A stretch of DNA of 64,000 bases from an uncultured delta proteobacterium. GTDB taxonomy: Bacteria > Desulfobacterota > Desulfomonilia > UBA1062. The translations under genes were made by a program, and so were the position numbers. Location: NCBI GenBank assembly GCA_963798485.1, contig CAWCTR010000014.1, positions 288,001-352,000 of the forward strand, given 5' to 3'. The notes under the pieces were generated by a model, which saw only the letters and a list, made by a program, of their open reading frames with translations, did no database searches and was not told where the DNA came from. Below are positions 20,945-31,015 of this stretch, one piece after another (within the stretch, counting starts at the first letter, position 1; each line of letters opens with the position of its first letter).

Positions 20945-23170
20945 ATGGAACACACCATGGAGATCTCAAATAGATTTTATAAGATATTATGTATTTGCCT
21001 GCTGCTTACTGTTGCAATACTTTCTATATATTGGCAGGTGACGGGTTTTGATTTCATAAACTTTGATGACCCCAGTTATATAACTAAGAACTATGTTATC
21101 AAGCAAGGATTTACCCTTAATGGAATCCGATGGGCATTTTCAACAAATTATGCAGCTAATTGGCATCCATTGACTTGGATTTCACATATGCTCGATATAG
21201 AGCTGTTCGGATTAAATCCAGGATTACATCATCTAACTAACTTGGTGTTTCATGTTATTAATTCCGTTTTACTCTTTTTAGTTTTCGAGAGAATGACCGG
21301 TGCGATTTGGAGGAGCGCTGCGGTGGCTGCTCTTTTTGCTCTTCACCCCTTCCATGTGGAGTCGGTAGCATGGATCGCAGAACGTAAGGATGTGCTAAGC
21401 ACCTTTTTCTGGATACTCACTATGATGGGTTATGTATGGTATGTTAAATGCCGCAGCTTACCAAGATACATCGTTGTGGCTCTATTATACATTCTCGGAC
21501 TCATGTCCAAGCCAATGTTGGTGACTCTGCCGTTCGTATTGCTCTTTCTGGATTACTGGCCTTTGAACAAGATGAACCAAGCTGATCTGGGAAAGTCAAA
21601 CAGTTGCCATGAAAAAGATATGGAAAGGTATAGAGAGAAAAACTCACGGGTTTCAGTACTTTTTCTTGAGAAAATACCACTTATTGTCTTTTCAATTATT
21701 GCATGCTGCATCACCATTTATGCGCAGAAAAGCTGGAAGGCGGTTGGATCTCTTGAGAAACTGCCAATTGATTTTCGGATAATCAATGCAATAGACTCTT
21801 ATGTCATCTATCTTGTGAAGATGTTTTGTCCGATTAATCTTGCAATATTTTATCCTTATCCTGATAAATTTTTGCCCTTAGTTGTAATACTATGTGCCTT
21901 GCTTCTCTTGCTGGTCACGCTCCTCGTTCTGCTTATGGCGAAGAAACTGCCCTATTTAATGGTGGGATGGTTTTGGTACCTAGGAACTCTCGTCCCAGTG
22001 ATTGGGTTCGTACAAGTGGGTTCTCAGTCAATGGCAGACCGTTATACTTATATACCCCTTATAGGAATATTCCTTATGATGGTATGGGGTGTTGAATTCC
22101 TATCCAGGCGTCTGCGTAATGGGAAGGTCATCTTCGGGACTGCTTCTGTGGTTGTAATTATTTTACTTATGATTTTCACGTGGGTACAAGTCGGTTATTG
22201 GAAAAACAGTGAGACACTTTTCAAGCATGCATTTCAAGTCACTACAGACAATTATGTGGCGCACAATAACCTTGGGCTTGTCTTTTTAGACAAGGATGAT
22301 CTTGATGGGGCCATCAGAGAGTTCCAAGAGGCTTTGCAGATAAGGCCGAACTTCACGTCTTATAATGGACTTGGGGTTTGCTTCACATTAAAGAATGAGA
22401 TGGGACGTGCTGTTGAGTATTATTCAAAAGGGTTGCAGTTCGAACCTTACAATATCGACATCCATATGAATTTAGGCATTCTCTTGACATCTCTCGGCAG
22501 AATTGATGAAGCTATTCGTCATTTCAATGAAATCCTCATGGTGTATCCGGATAACATAAGGGCTCACTTTAATTTAGGTAAAGCTCTCATACAGGCGGGA
22601 AATGTGCAAGGGGCTATCACCCAGTTTAAGGAAGTACTGCATATAGATCCCACCCAAGTGGAAGCGCGAGATTATCTTGAAAAAGCAATGAAATCTATGG
22701 GAAGAACTGAAGAATTAATAGCAGGCTTGAATAAGTTAATAATAGTTGAACCCAAAAACGTGGCGCTGCACACTCGACTCGGCGACCTCTTTCGACAACA
22801 GGGCGATTATGATAAAGCCGCCTCTCAATACAGAGAAGCAATCTCGATTCAACCCAAATTCATTCAGGCTATGAACGGTCTAGTGCTGGTTTATTCCAAT
22901 CGCCAAGAGTATACAAAGGCACTTGATGTGTTACACGGTATGAAGCAGATCCAGCCTGATAATCCAGCAGTCTACTATAACATTGCATGTATCTATGCTA
23001 AGCAGAATATGAGTGATAAATCTATTGAATACCTGAAACAGTCAATTGACAAGGGATTTCACGATTGGGAACTGATTAAAAGAGACCCTGATCTTGCTAG
23101 CATTAGAAACACAGCTTTTATAAATGAATTGATAAAAAATCACACTACTGTCCCAACGTTAATCGAATAA
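20945..23170 (+). CDS. TMTC-like GT-C + TPR protein (paralog 3)
   Basis: Same motifs as the other paralogs; start uncertain (20891, 20945 or 20957). Confidence 0.85.
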   Translation: MEHTMEISNRFYKILCICLLLTVAILSIYWQVTGFDFINFDDPSYITKNYVIKQGFTLNGIRWAFSTNYAANWHPLTWISHMLDIELFGLNPGLHHLTNLVFHVINSVLLFLVFERMTGAIWRSAAVAALFALHPFHVESVAWIAERKDVLSTFFWILTMMGYVWYVKCRSLPRYIVVALLYILGLMSKPMLVTLPFVLLFLDYWPLNKMNQADLGKSNSCHEKDMERYREKNSRVSVLFLEKIPLIVFSIIACCITIYAQKSWKAVGSLEKLPIDFRIINAIDSYVIYLVKMFCPINLAIFYPYPDKFLPLVVILCALLLLLVTLLVLLMAKKLPYLMVGWFWYLGTLVPVIGFVQVGSQSMADRYTYIPLIGIFLMMVWGVEFLSRRLRNGKVIFGTASVVVIILLMIFTWVQVGYWKNSETLFKHAFQVTTDNYVAHNNLGLVFLDKDDLDGAIREFQEALQIRPNFTSYNGLGVCFTLKNEMGRAVEYYSKGLQFEPYNIDIHMNLGILLTSLGRIDEAIRHFNEILMVYPDNIRAHFNLGKALIQAGNVQGAITQFKEVLHIDPTQVEARDYLEKAMKSMGRTEELIAGLNKLIIVEPKNVALHTRLGDLFRQQGDYDKAASQYREAISIQPKFIQAMNGLVLVYSNRQEYTKALDVLHGMKQIQPDNPAVYYNIACIYAKQNMSDKSIEYLKQSIDKGFHDWELIKRDPDLASIRNTAFINELIKNHTTVPTLIE

Positions 23171-23384
23171 AGTCAGCTGGTTGACTAGTACTGCCTCTGG
23201 AACTTGACCATTTGAATCTGTAAGTGCTTGTCTTATACCTATTCATCAAGACTGTTGATCTTGAATCTAGGGTATTGTATTAAAGAGATTGAAGTATTAC
23301 ACAACAGATTGTTGTAATGGAGATTGTTGTACTGGCATATGTTCAATTTAGATCAAATAAAGTTAGTCATTCTGGAGCATCGAG

Positions 23385-25625
23385 ATGTTTTTGGCAACTA
23401 TAACCCAATTCTCTACATCTTGGAGAAATCTGCAAGAAACATCAAGACGTTTATTTCTCTTGCCTTTAATTTGTACAATCCTCGCAGCTTTAACATTTAT
23501 GGTCTATTGGCAAGTAAGGGGCTTTGGCAGTATCAACTTGGATGATGGCTTATATGTATTTGGAAACCATTTCGTCAGACAGGGTATTAATCTAGCCGGC
23601 ATTAAGTGGGCCTTTACTTCTGTATACGCAGACAATTGGCACCCGTTAACTTGGATCTCTCATATGATAGATATTCAGCTTTTTGGGATCGATCCAGGAA
23701 TGCACCACATCACCAACGTTATTTTTCATATATTAAATACCGTATTACTTTTCATCTTACTAGAAAGGATGACTGGAGCATTATGGAAGAGTGCTATGGT
23801 AGCAGCTCTCTTTGCTCTACATCCTCTTCATGTAGAATCAGTTGCATGGATATCAGAACGTAAAGACTTGTTGAGTACGTTTTTTTGGATAGTCACCACA
23901 ATGGGGTATTTCTGGTATGTGAAGAATAGGAGCATATCGAGGTACCTCATTATAATCCTCTTTTATATCCTTGGACTCATGTCCAAACCCATGTTGGTTA
24001 CCTTGCCGTTTGTTCTTCTGCTCCTCGACTTTTGGCCATTAAATCGGCTTAATATTATTGAGATCGAAGATAATAATTCAACTAAAAATGTCAATAAAAC
24101 AATTGGATCTGATGGCATGAGAAGGGTTTTAATATTATTAATAATAGAGAAAATACCGCTCATCTTATGTGCGCTGATATCATGCGGCATTACCATATAT
24201 GCACAGAAAAGTTGGGGTGCTGTGAGCTCCCTATATAGATTCCCCATCGAGACGAGATTAGCAAATGCTCTTACTTCTTACATAGCTTATCTCTGGAAAA
24301 TGGTTTGGCCCGTAAACCTAGCTATATTCTATCCTTATCCGGATTTCTTTAATCCCCTTAAGGTTGTTCTTTGCGCCCTATTTCTTTTAATCATATCTGC
24401 CTTAGCTATGTATAATGCAAGGAAACTCCCTTATCTCTTTGTGGGGTGGTTATGGTATATCGGGACTTTAGTGCCCGTTATTGGAATTGTACAGGTGGGA
24501 GGCCAGTCAATGGCGGATAGGTATTCTTATATCCCGCTTATAGGATGTTTTTTGATGATTGTATGGGGTGTTGCTGGTTACTTCAATAATTGGCACCATG
24601 GGAAGATAATAAATGGATTCATAGCACTTTCCGTTCTCTTTATCTTAGTCCTTATTATTTGGAGACAGATTGGATATTGGAAAAATACAGAAACACTCAT
24701 TAGACATACAATTGCTGTAACAGAAAATAATTATATGGCTCATCATCAACTTGGATGTATCTTGTTCAGTAAAGGTGATCTGGATGGCGCTATCAAGGAG
24801 TATCGAGTTGCTCTGCAGGCCAAACAAATCGCAGAAGCTTATAATGGTCTTGGAAATGCGTTCGGTGCTAAAAATGATATAGGTAATGCTATTGACTGTT
24901 ATTTAAAAGGGTTGCAGATTAATCCATACGATATTAGTATTCTTTATAATCTAGGATATCTTCTGGCATCAATGGGTAAAACGGTTGAGGCCACTCAATA
25001 TTTCAACAAGTTGTTCAAGATTAACCCATACAACATTGAAGCCCACAATGCATTTGGTAATGCTTTACTTCGGAATGGGAAAGTTAATGAGGCGATCAAT
25101 CAATTTAATGAAACGCTCCGTCTGAATCAACAAGACCAGGAGGCACAGAGAGGAATAAAAGAAGCTAAAGTAATCCAGAAAAACTCTGAATCCTTAGTAG
25201 CCAAAATAAATGTATTGATTAAGACAGATCCTCATAATCCTGCACTGTATACAAAATTGGGCGACATCTACTATCAATTAGGTGAATATTATGGGGCTAT
25301 TGTTCAATATAAGAAAGCACTCTCAGTTCAACCGAAATTTATAAGTGCCTTAGAGAGGCTGGTCAATATTCACGTTGACAGACAAGAGTACGGGGAAGCC
25401 CTAGATATACTCCAGAACATAAGACAATTACAACCTGATAAACCTGATGGATATTATAATATTGCGTGTATCTATGCAAAACAGGAGAAGATCAATGAAT
25501 CTATTTACTGGTTGAAACAGTCTGTAGATAAAGGTTTCCACGATTGGGATCTTTTAAGAAAAGATCCTGACTTGGCAATCATCAGAAACACATCTTATGT
25601 TAATGAATTAATGAAGAATCATTAA
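23385..25625 (+). CDS. TMTC-like GT-C + TPR protein (paralog 4)
   Basis: INLDD, NWHPLTW, ESVAWISERKD, GGQSMADRY, TPRs, C-terminal tail. Confidence 0.85.
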   Translation: MFLATITQFSTSWRNLQETSRRLFLLPLICTILAALTFMVYWQVRGFGSINLDDGLYVFGNHFVRQGINLAGIKWAFTSVYADNWHPLTWISHMIDIQLFGIDPGMHHITNVIFHILNTVLLFILLERMTGALWKSAMVAALFALHPLHVESVAWISERKDLLSTFFWIVTTMGYFWYVKNRSISRYLIIILFYILGLMSKPMLVTLPFVLLLLDFWPLNRLNIIEIEDNNSTKNVNKTIGSDGMRRVLILLIIEKIPLILCALISCGITIYAQKSWGAVSSLYRFPIETRLANALTSYIAYLWKMVWPVNLAIFYPYPDFFNPLKVVLCALFLLIISALAMYNARKLPYLFVGWLWYIGTLVPVIGIVQVGGQSMADRYSYIPLIGCFLMIVWGVAGYFNNWHHGKIINGFIALSVLFILVLIIWRQIGYWKNTETLIRHTIAVTENNYMAHHQLGCILFSKGDLDGAIKEYRVALQAKQIAEAYNGLGNAFGAKNDIGNAIDCYLKGLQINPYDISILYNLGYLLASMGKTVEATQYFNKLFKINPYNIEAHNAFGNALLRNGKVNEAINQFNETLRLNQQDQEAQRGIKEAKVIQKNSESLVAKINVLIKTDPHNPALYTKLGDIYYQLGEYYGAIVQYKKALSVQPKFISALERLVNIHVDRQEYGEALDILQNIRQLQPDKPDGYYNIACIYAKQEKINESIYWLKQSVDKGFHDWDLLRKDPDLAIIRNTSYVNELMKNH

Positions 25626-26023
25626 GATATCGGTCCAACTTCACTACCGAATCCAGGTATATCACCCTATAGAACCCCATGTCATTTTTAAAGATATGTT
25701 CAAAGTTTTTTTCCTGCATCAAATCTTTTTCTTTCAATTCCGGGATAAGAGGTGAACAGACCAAGTAAAGATCTAGAAATAAGATATTTACAAACAAACA
25801 TGCAATAATATGTTCATTATGAATGAAATGAAATGTGCTCAAAACTACAAAACCCCAAAAGGTGAATAACAATGCATATCCAATTGATGTTGAGCTTAAT
25901 GGTACTCCTTGTAAGATCTCTTTTCAAGAACCTCTATGATTTTTTGATTGACTGTGATTAACTTTTCTATTTTAAATATAATTTAGTTTTGAACATTATT
26001 GAATTATTTTTGTTGAGGTAAAT

Positions 26024-27697
26024 GTGCCACCAGCAAATAAATCGATAAAAAGTTATATTTTAATACCTATTCTATTTTTTATTACTTTAGCAATGAGCAG
26101 TTTATCTATAAAATATAACAACCAATTAGGGATGCTGGGCGGTCTTTCAGAAGAATATTATGTTATCGGCCTACATTTTTTTCAAACTGGGTCACTGTGT
26201 TCTAATTATGAATACCCCATTTCGACTTCAGTTTTTAGACCCCCTGGGTACTCGTTTTTTATTGGTACAGTTATAAAAGTATGGGGTGAAATAACCCATA
26301 ATGATAGTGCATTACGGCATAAGAATACTGAAATGGATCCCAAAGCAGTAAATCAATCAGCGGACGCTATCTTTTTTGCGCAGGCCCTGTTATTATCACT
26401 ATCCACCGTTGTTCTTTATATTTGGCTTTCAACTTATATATCTTTAAGTAACTCATTTATAATATCTCTCATCTTTGGTTGTAATCCGTATATGATAATA
26501 ATGACTGGCCTCATGCATTATGAAATATTGCATATATTTCTGATAATTATTTCAACCTACAGCCTTATTTATATAATTGATAAACATAGTGATAGCAGAT
26601 GGAAAATGATATTACCTGGAATATTATGGGGGCTTGCAACCCTTACAAGACCTACCACACTTATATTACCAGCATTTGTTTTTCTATTATTTTGTATAAT
26701 ATTCAAAAAATCAAAGAAAAAGATAGCTACACTAAGTTTGTTATTCATACTTGGTATGAGTATTGCGATCATGCCATACACCGTAAGAAACTATATCATC
26801 ACAAAAGAATTTATCCCAGTTAACGCACAGGGTGGATTAGCATTATATGCCGGAACAGTCACAAAATTTGAAAGAATCCCCAATCATTATAGATGGTGGA
26901 CTGTTATGTTTAAATATGTATGTCCGATATATTTTAGGGAGATTCATGATCCTCTGGATGATCCTCGATTGTGCAAAAGTAAATACCAAGAGCATGCATT
27001 GCAACTTGATAGTGTATTCAAAAAAGAAGCCATAAATAACATTATTAATAATCCCCAAATATATTTTTATAACACTTTAATTAATTTTGTTACTATTAAC
27101 CTTGATATAAATTCTGTCTTTATTAAACTATTTCAAGCAAAACAAGACACTTATAAAGATAAGGATATAGAATATAATTGGAGTATTCCTGGAAATCCTC
27201 AAACATTCTATTCATCTGACGGGCAGACTGTATTTGGGTTTTTCATATATACACTTGAGTTATTAAGTTTATTTGGAATAATTATCTTTATAAAGAAGTC
27301 ATATAATACTTATCATTCTTCCAGGAATCACATTAAATCTGAGATATCTGGCTTAAATACTCCTATGACAAGGAAAATGAGAAAAGAAATGATACGGGAA
27401 ATGGCTAATCAAGAACCTGAAAACACTTCTAAAGAATTGTCAGAATCGTTTTGGTTAGAAAATACATGGTTTCTAGTTTCAATTATGATATATTTAACCA
27501 TTTGTATAGCTCACTCTATAACCTACATTGACTTAATGCATTATTACAATAAGGTTCCATTTTTATTTATATTTACTGGTTATTTCCTCAATGAGATGGA
27601 TAAATATCAGTTAACCAGCGAAATTAAATTATCAAGTATATTTTCTATGTCTTTACTAATGTATGGAATATTATTAATCTTAATAATAATTCTTTAA
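26024..27697 (+). CDS. GT-C family (ArnT/PMT_2-like) membrane glycosyltransferase
   Basis: FRPPGYSFF, LWGLATLTRP, PYTVRNY; multi-TM; visibly AT-rich. Confidence 0.7.
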   Translation: MPPANKSIKSYILIPILFFITLAMSSLSIKYNNQLGMLGGLSEEYYVIGLHFFQTGSLCSNYEYPISTSVFRPPGYSFFIGTVIKVWGEITHNDSALRHKNTEMDPKAVNQSADAIFFAQALLLSLSTVVLYIWLSTYISLSNSFIISLIFGCNPYMIIMTGLMHYEILHIFLIIISTYSLIYIIDKHSDSRWKMILPGILWGLATLTRPTTLILPAFVFLLFCIIFKKSKKKIATLSLLFILGMSIAIMPYTVRNYIITKEFIPVNAQGGLALYAGTVTKFERIPNHYRWWTVMFKYVCPIYFREIHDPLDDPRLCKSKYQEHALQLDSVFKKEAINNIINNPQIYFYNTLINFVTINLDINSVFIKLFQAKQDTYKDKDIEYNWSIPGNPQTFYSSDGQTVFGFFIYTLELLSLFGIIIFIKKSYNTYHSSRNHIKSEISGLNTPMTRKMRKEMIREMANQEPENTSKELSESFWLENTWFLVSIMIYLTICIAHSITYIDLMHYYNKVPFLFIFTGYFLNEMDKYQLTSEIKLSSIFSMSLLMYGILLILIIIL

Positions 27698-27904
27698 AAA
27701 TATGGTCTAAGATTCTAAAAAGGGTATCCATTGTTCAATAGCCGGATGGCTCACTATATTACTACTTTTCATTATAATGTTCCCCTACCGTGATCTTCCC
27801 GATTATCATTGGTACAGTCATTAGGGGATCACTATAATTATTCCAATTCTCAAAAATATAATATTACGAAACCATTTTCCTTAAAGGTGATTTTGCGATA
27901 ATTG

Positions 27905-28100
27905 GTCACTAAAGCGTACCTGGACTCATGCAGAGCATAGATTTTCAGTTTAAGGAATTCTTTATCCCTGTAGCCATAAGCCTGTTTTTGAAGCGTTTTG
28001 ATTTTGTGTTGTTTGTACCCTCCAGAGGGCCGGTCGATATGGGGTAATCATAATAAGCTAATATCCCTCGGCGATGTATGAGAAGAGTGTTTGCAAAGTG
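27905..28100 (-). mobile_element. ISL3-family transposase 3' remnant (frameshifted)
   Basis: Minus-strand translation HFANTLLIHRRGILAYYDYPISTGPLEGTNN / KIKTLQKQAYGYRDKEFLKLKIYALHESRYALV, matching the ISL3 EGxNNKIK..KR.AYG.R motif. Confidence 0.8.
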
Positions 28101-28201
28101 AATAAGCTTGTAACTATTAGGTTATTAAGCCTACTAACACTAATCTCTTATATAATAGTATCAACGTAATCATAAGTTTATTAAAATTCGTAACAATCTT
28201 T

Positions 28202-28807
28202 TTACAATTTGTATCTGACAAGGGCATAATCAACTTTCACTTTACCTAAGTTCAATAAACTATAAACCTCGCCGATTCCTGGTGCGAAATAAGAGATACC
28301 CTCGAAATGTTGCGATCCATTACTCGCCTGGAAGGATACTTTGAGACATTTTACATACTTTTTGTCATTCAATTCGACAGTTTCTATCTTCTCTGCTTTA
28401 AATTGTGTCTGGACGTCTGATGTCTTTGTCGTCCAGATATTCCCTACCTTCATCGGAAATGGCGTCGTTAAATATTCTTGCCTCGTTTTGTCATCTATTT
28501 TGTAGATACCCTCTTTTGCCCTTCTGTTGTAACTGACATGTGTCCCAGCACCTGGTACCCCTTTTGTAAGAGTGATTTGCTTATAGTATGTCTTCCCATT
28601 GATGGTCTCTTCACCACCAATTTGGATTAGCATTCCTCCCGTCTGTACCCCTTCAGGGGCTGAATACCTTATACCGTATGCCCATTGTGCTCCATTAGAG
28701 CCTTTTGGGTAGTAGATATCACCCTGGGGTTGTCCCTGTGGTTGTTTAGAGCATGCAGACAGAGTCAATAAGGTTATAATGATCATATAAACAAGTCTTC
28801 GCTGCAT
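28202..28807 (-). CDS. Putative lipoprotein (copy 2, identical to 13459-14064)
   Basis: Identical translation. Confidence 0.8.
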   Translation of the reverse strand: MQRRLVYMIIITLLTLSACSKQPQGQPQGDIYYPKGSNGAQWAYGIRYSAPEGVQTGGMLIQIGGEETINGKTYYKQITLTKGVPGAGTHVSYNRRAKEGIYKIDDKTRQEYLTTPFPMKVGNIWTTKTSDVQTQFKAEKIETVELNDKKYVKCLKVSFQASNGSQHFEGISYFAPGIGEVYSLLNLGKVKVDYALVRYKL

Positions 28808-29171
28808 GTTTCTCTCCTTTTATCAATTTATCAAAAGTATTAAATAGTTGATTCATATATCTAGAATAAAGTCAAGTCTCCATTTTTCTAAATTAGTCTT
28901 AAAAAGGCCTATTTTTTAATAATGTCATCATTCCTAAAAGGTATCAGTTAATGATTACAAATTGTTACTGGTTAGTAACATAGGTTAGGAGATCATATAA
29001 AATGGAAGAGAAACAGCCACTAATCAGCCTGGCCATAAACTATAATTTGCCCATAAGCGAGGCAAGGGACCACGATGTTCAATGTCATAAACATCATTAA
29101 GGCGACCCAGTGATAACAAGATCTATATTTTTCTGACGTGATGAATCATCCCACAACTTGATGCTGTTAAT

Positions 29172-29561
29172 TCAATCGGCCGGGATTGTAAACTCAAGTA
29201 CAGCAGGTGTTCCGCCTTTTTGAGACATAGTATTTTCTTTTAAAGAATCAATGTAGATAGTGGCATCAAATATATCAGTACTATCACCGAGAAGTGTTGC
29301 AGAAAGGTACAAATAAGTTCCGGTTTTTGCATAAAATGAATATGTCCAAGATTTGTTCGTCACATTTACACTTGGAAGTTCCACGGTTTTGCCATCCTCG
29401 TCGATATAGGTAATAGAGACAGGATTGCTGGAATATGTGCTTACTTCATACTGTACATAATGCATATCACTAGACTGGGTACTGCCTCCGCCACTTCCCC
29501 CACACCCGGTCAAGGTTATGATGAGAATATACACTAAGATTATTTTACTAAGGTTCTCCAT
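29172..29561 (-). CDS. Small Ser/Thr-rich lipoprotein
   Basis: Lipobox LTGC followed by GGSGGGS linker; beta-sandwich-like body. Confidence 0.7.
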   Translation of the reverse strand: MENLSKIILVYILIITLTGCGGSGGGSTQSSDMHYVQYEVSTYSSNPVSITYIDEDGKTVELPSVNVTNKSWTYSFYAKTGTYLYLSATLLGDSTDIFDATIYIDSLKENTMSQKGGTPAVLEFTIPAD

Positions 29562-29661
29562 AAATGACCTTTTGGTTATTTAATTGTCTCACAAGGGAAC
29601 CTGTAAGACAAGATTATTGATTGTACAGGGGGAAAACAACCTTCCACTTCCTTCCTATTAA

Positions 29662-29677
29662 AGGCATTGCCTTTGCT
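29662..29677 (+). promoter_or_regulatory. sigma54 -24/-12 promoter candidate
   Basis: AGGCATTGCCTTTGCT, exact GG-N10-GC, 36 bp before ATG 29714. Confidence 0.6.
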
Positions 29678-29713
29678 GATGATAGGACTATAATAATACT
29701 GAGATAAAGAGTT

Positions 29714-30418
29714 ATGAAAAGCGCACTGCTGTTTTTTATTGTCTTTTTGCTCCCATTTTCCGCCTGGGCAATGACCCCTGTCTCTGATTCCGAGCTCTCA
29801 AATGTCACTGGTCAGGCAGGTGTAAGTATCAACCCCGATCTGACCATGGACATAAATATCGGCACAATAGCTTGGGGAGATTCTGATGGTCTTGGTTCAA
29901 ACAACATCTGGGGAGAGAAAACTAATGGTGGTTATTTCGGAGTAACGAATTTCAACATCACCAATCTCCAGATCAAGCTTCGTGATAATGACAGTTATAA
30001 CGGATACAATTCTCTTATGATGAAGCCGATTACTATCGACGTAGCAACTGTTGGATCTTCTGCCCTTGATGTGTACACGACACCCAGCGCAGGTCCAGCT
30101 CCTATCGGCGGTATTCTGACAGAATCCATTCCCCCCAACACGACATTTGTCCGCATCGGTCTAGGTGCTCTCAAGATCAGCACGGACCAGATGCAATTTG
30201 CTGTTGCACTAGGACCCTATGTAGATACCAGTACCGGTGATACTCCGGTTTTAAAACAGGTTCTAGGAGTTGCTACTTTGGGTCCAATGGATGTGTACGT
30301 TAACCCACAAAGTTATGTTGATGTCTACTCACCACATGCCAGTCATGGGGTTGTCTTTGATGTGAAGGTGACTCTTGACCATGTTAGTATCCCTTATATG
30401 TCATGGGGTGGACATTAA
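29714..30418 (+). CDS. DUF6160/FilA-like secreted filament subunit (orphan paralog)
   Basis: Signal peptide (AWA), then MTPVSDSELSNVTGQAGV; WGDSDG and KPITIDVATV shared with the 53816-55127 product. Confidence 0.75.
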   Translation: MKSALLFFIVFLLPFSAWAMTPVSDSELSNVTGQAGVSINPDLTMDINIGTIAWGDSDGLGSNNIWGEKTNGGYFGVTNFNITNLQIKLRDNDSYNGYNSLMMKPITIDVATVGSSALDVYTTPSAGPAPIGGILTESIPPNTTFVRIGLGALKISTDQMQFAVALGPYVDTSTGDTPVLKQVLGVATLGPMDVYVNPQSYVDVYSPHASHGVVFDVKVTLDHVSIPYMSWGGH

Positions 30419-30484
30419 GTATAAGATGGATACCTTTAATTATCCGATAGCAGAGATAACTCCCGAGACTGTCGCCCATTAAAA

Positions 30485-30944
30485 GGTTCTGTCAATGAGA
30501 AAATGATGCTTTCAAAGCCACCTTGTCCTGAATAATGGCTTGGAGAGTCTTCCTGGAGCAATCAGGGGCAATCTGGTTATACACCTTCCCCTGCCTTTTC
30601 AGAACTCCAAAAACCAGGATCTTGCCCCCGGCTCCCCTTCCTCGTATCCCTCGAACTCTCCTCGCTCCAAAGTATGCTTCATCCACCTCAATCTCACCAG
30701 AAAAGGGCGACTGACTTTCACAGAATTCCGCCAGTCTCTTTCTCGGCGCTTTGAGAATATGGTTGACGCTGTTCCTGCTCACACCAGTAAGTTCTGCAAC
30801 TCTTGTGGCCTCAAGATCCATGGCAAAATACCTTATGATCTGCCTAAAATTCCTCTCACAAATGTGCGAACAATGACAATACTTGTTAACCCTGTTCATA
30901 AGCCAACTTATAGCACCTTTCATGTGCTAAAGTTATCATGAACC
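30485..30944 (-). mobile_element. Truncated IS1595-family (IS1016-like) element; partial transposase 30492-30923
   Basis: GEIEVDEAYFG...RGRGAGGK..VFGVLKR; second half of the DDE domain absent; short GGTTC...GAACC ends. Confidence 0.8.
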
Positions 30945-31015
30945 TTGATTTATTGGGGAAAGAACTGATATTATAAATCTATATTAGGTTAATAAATTGT
31001 GATTTAGGAGATACT

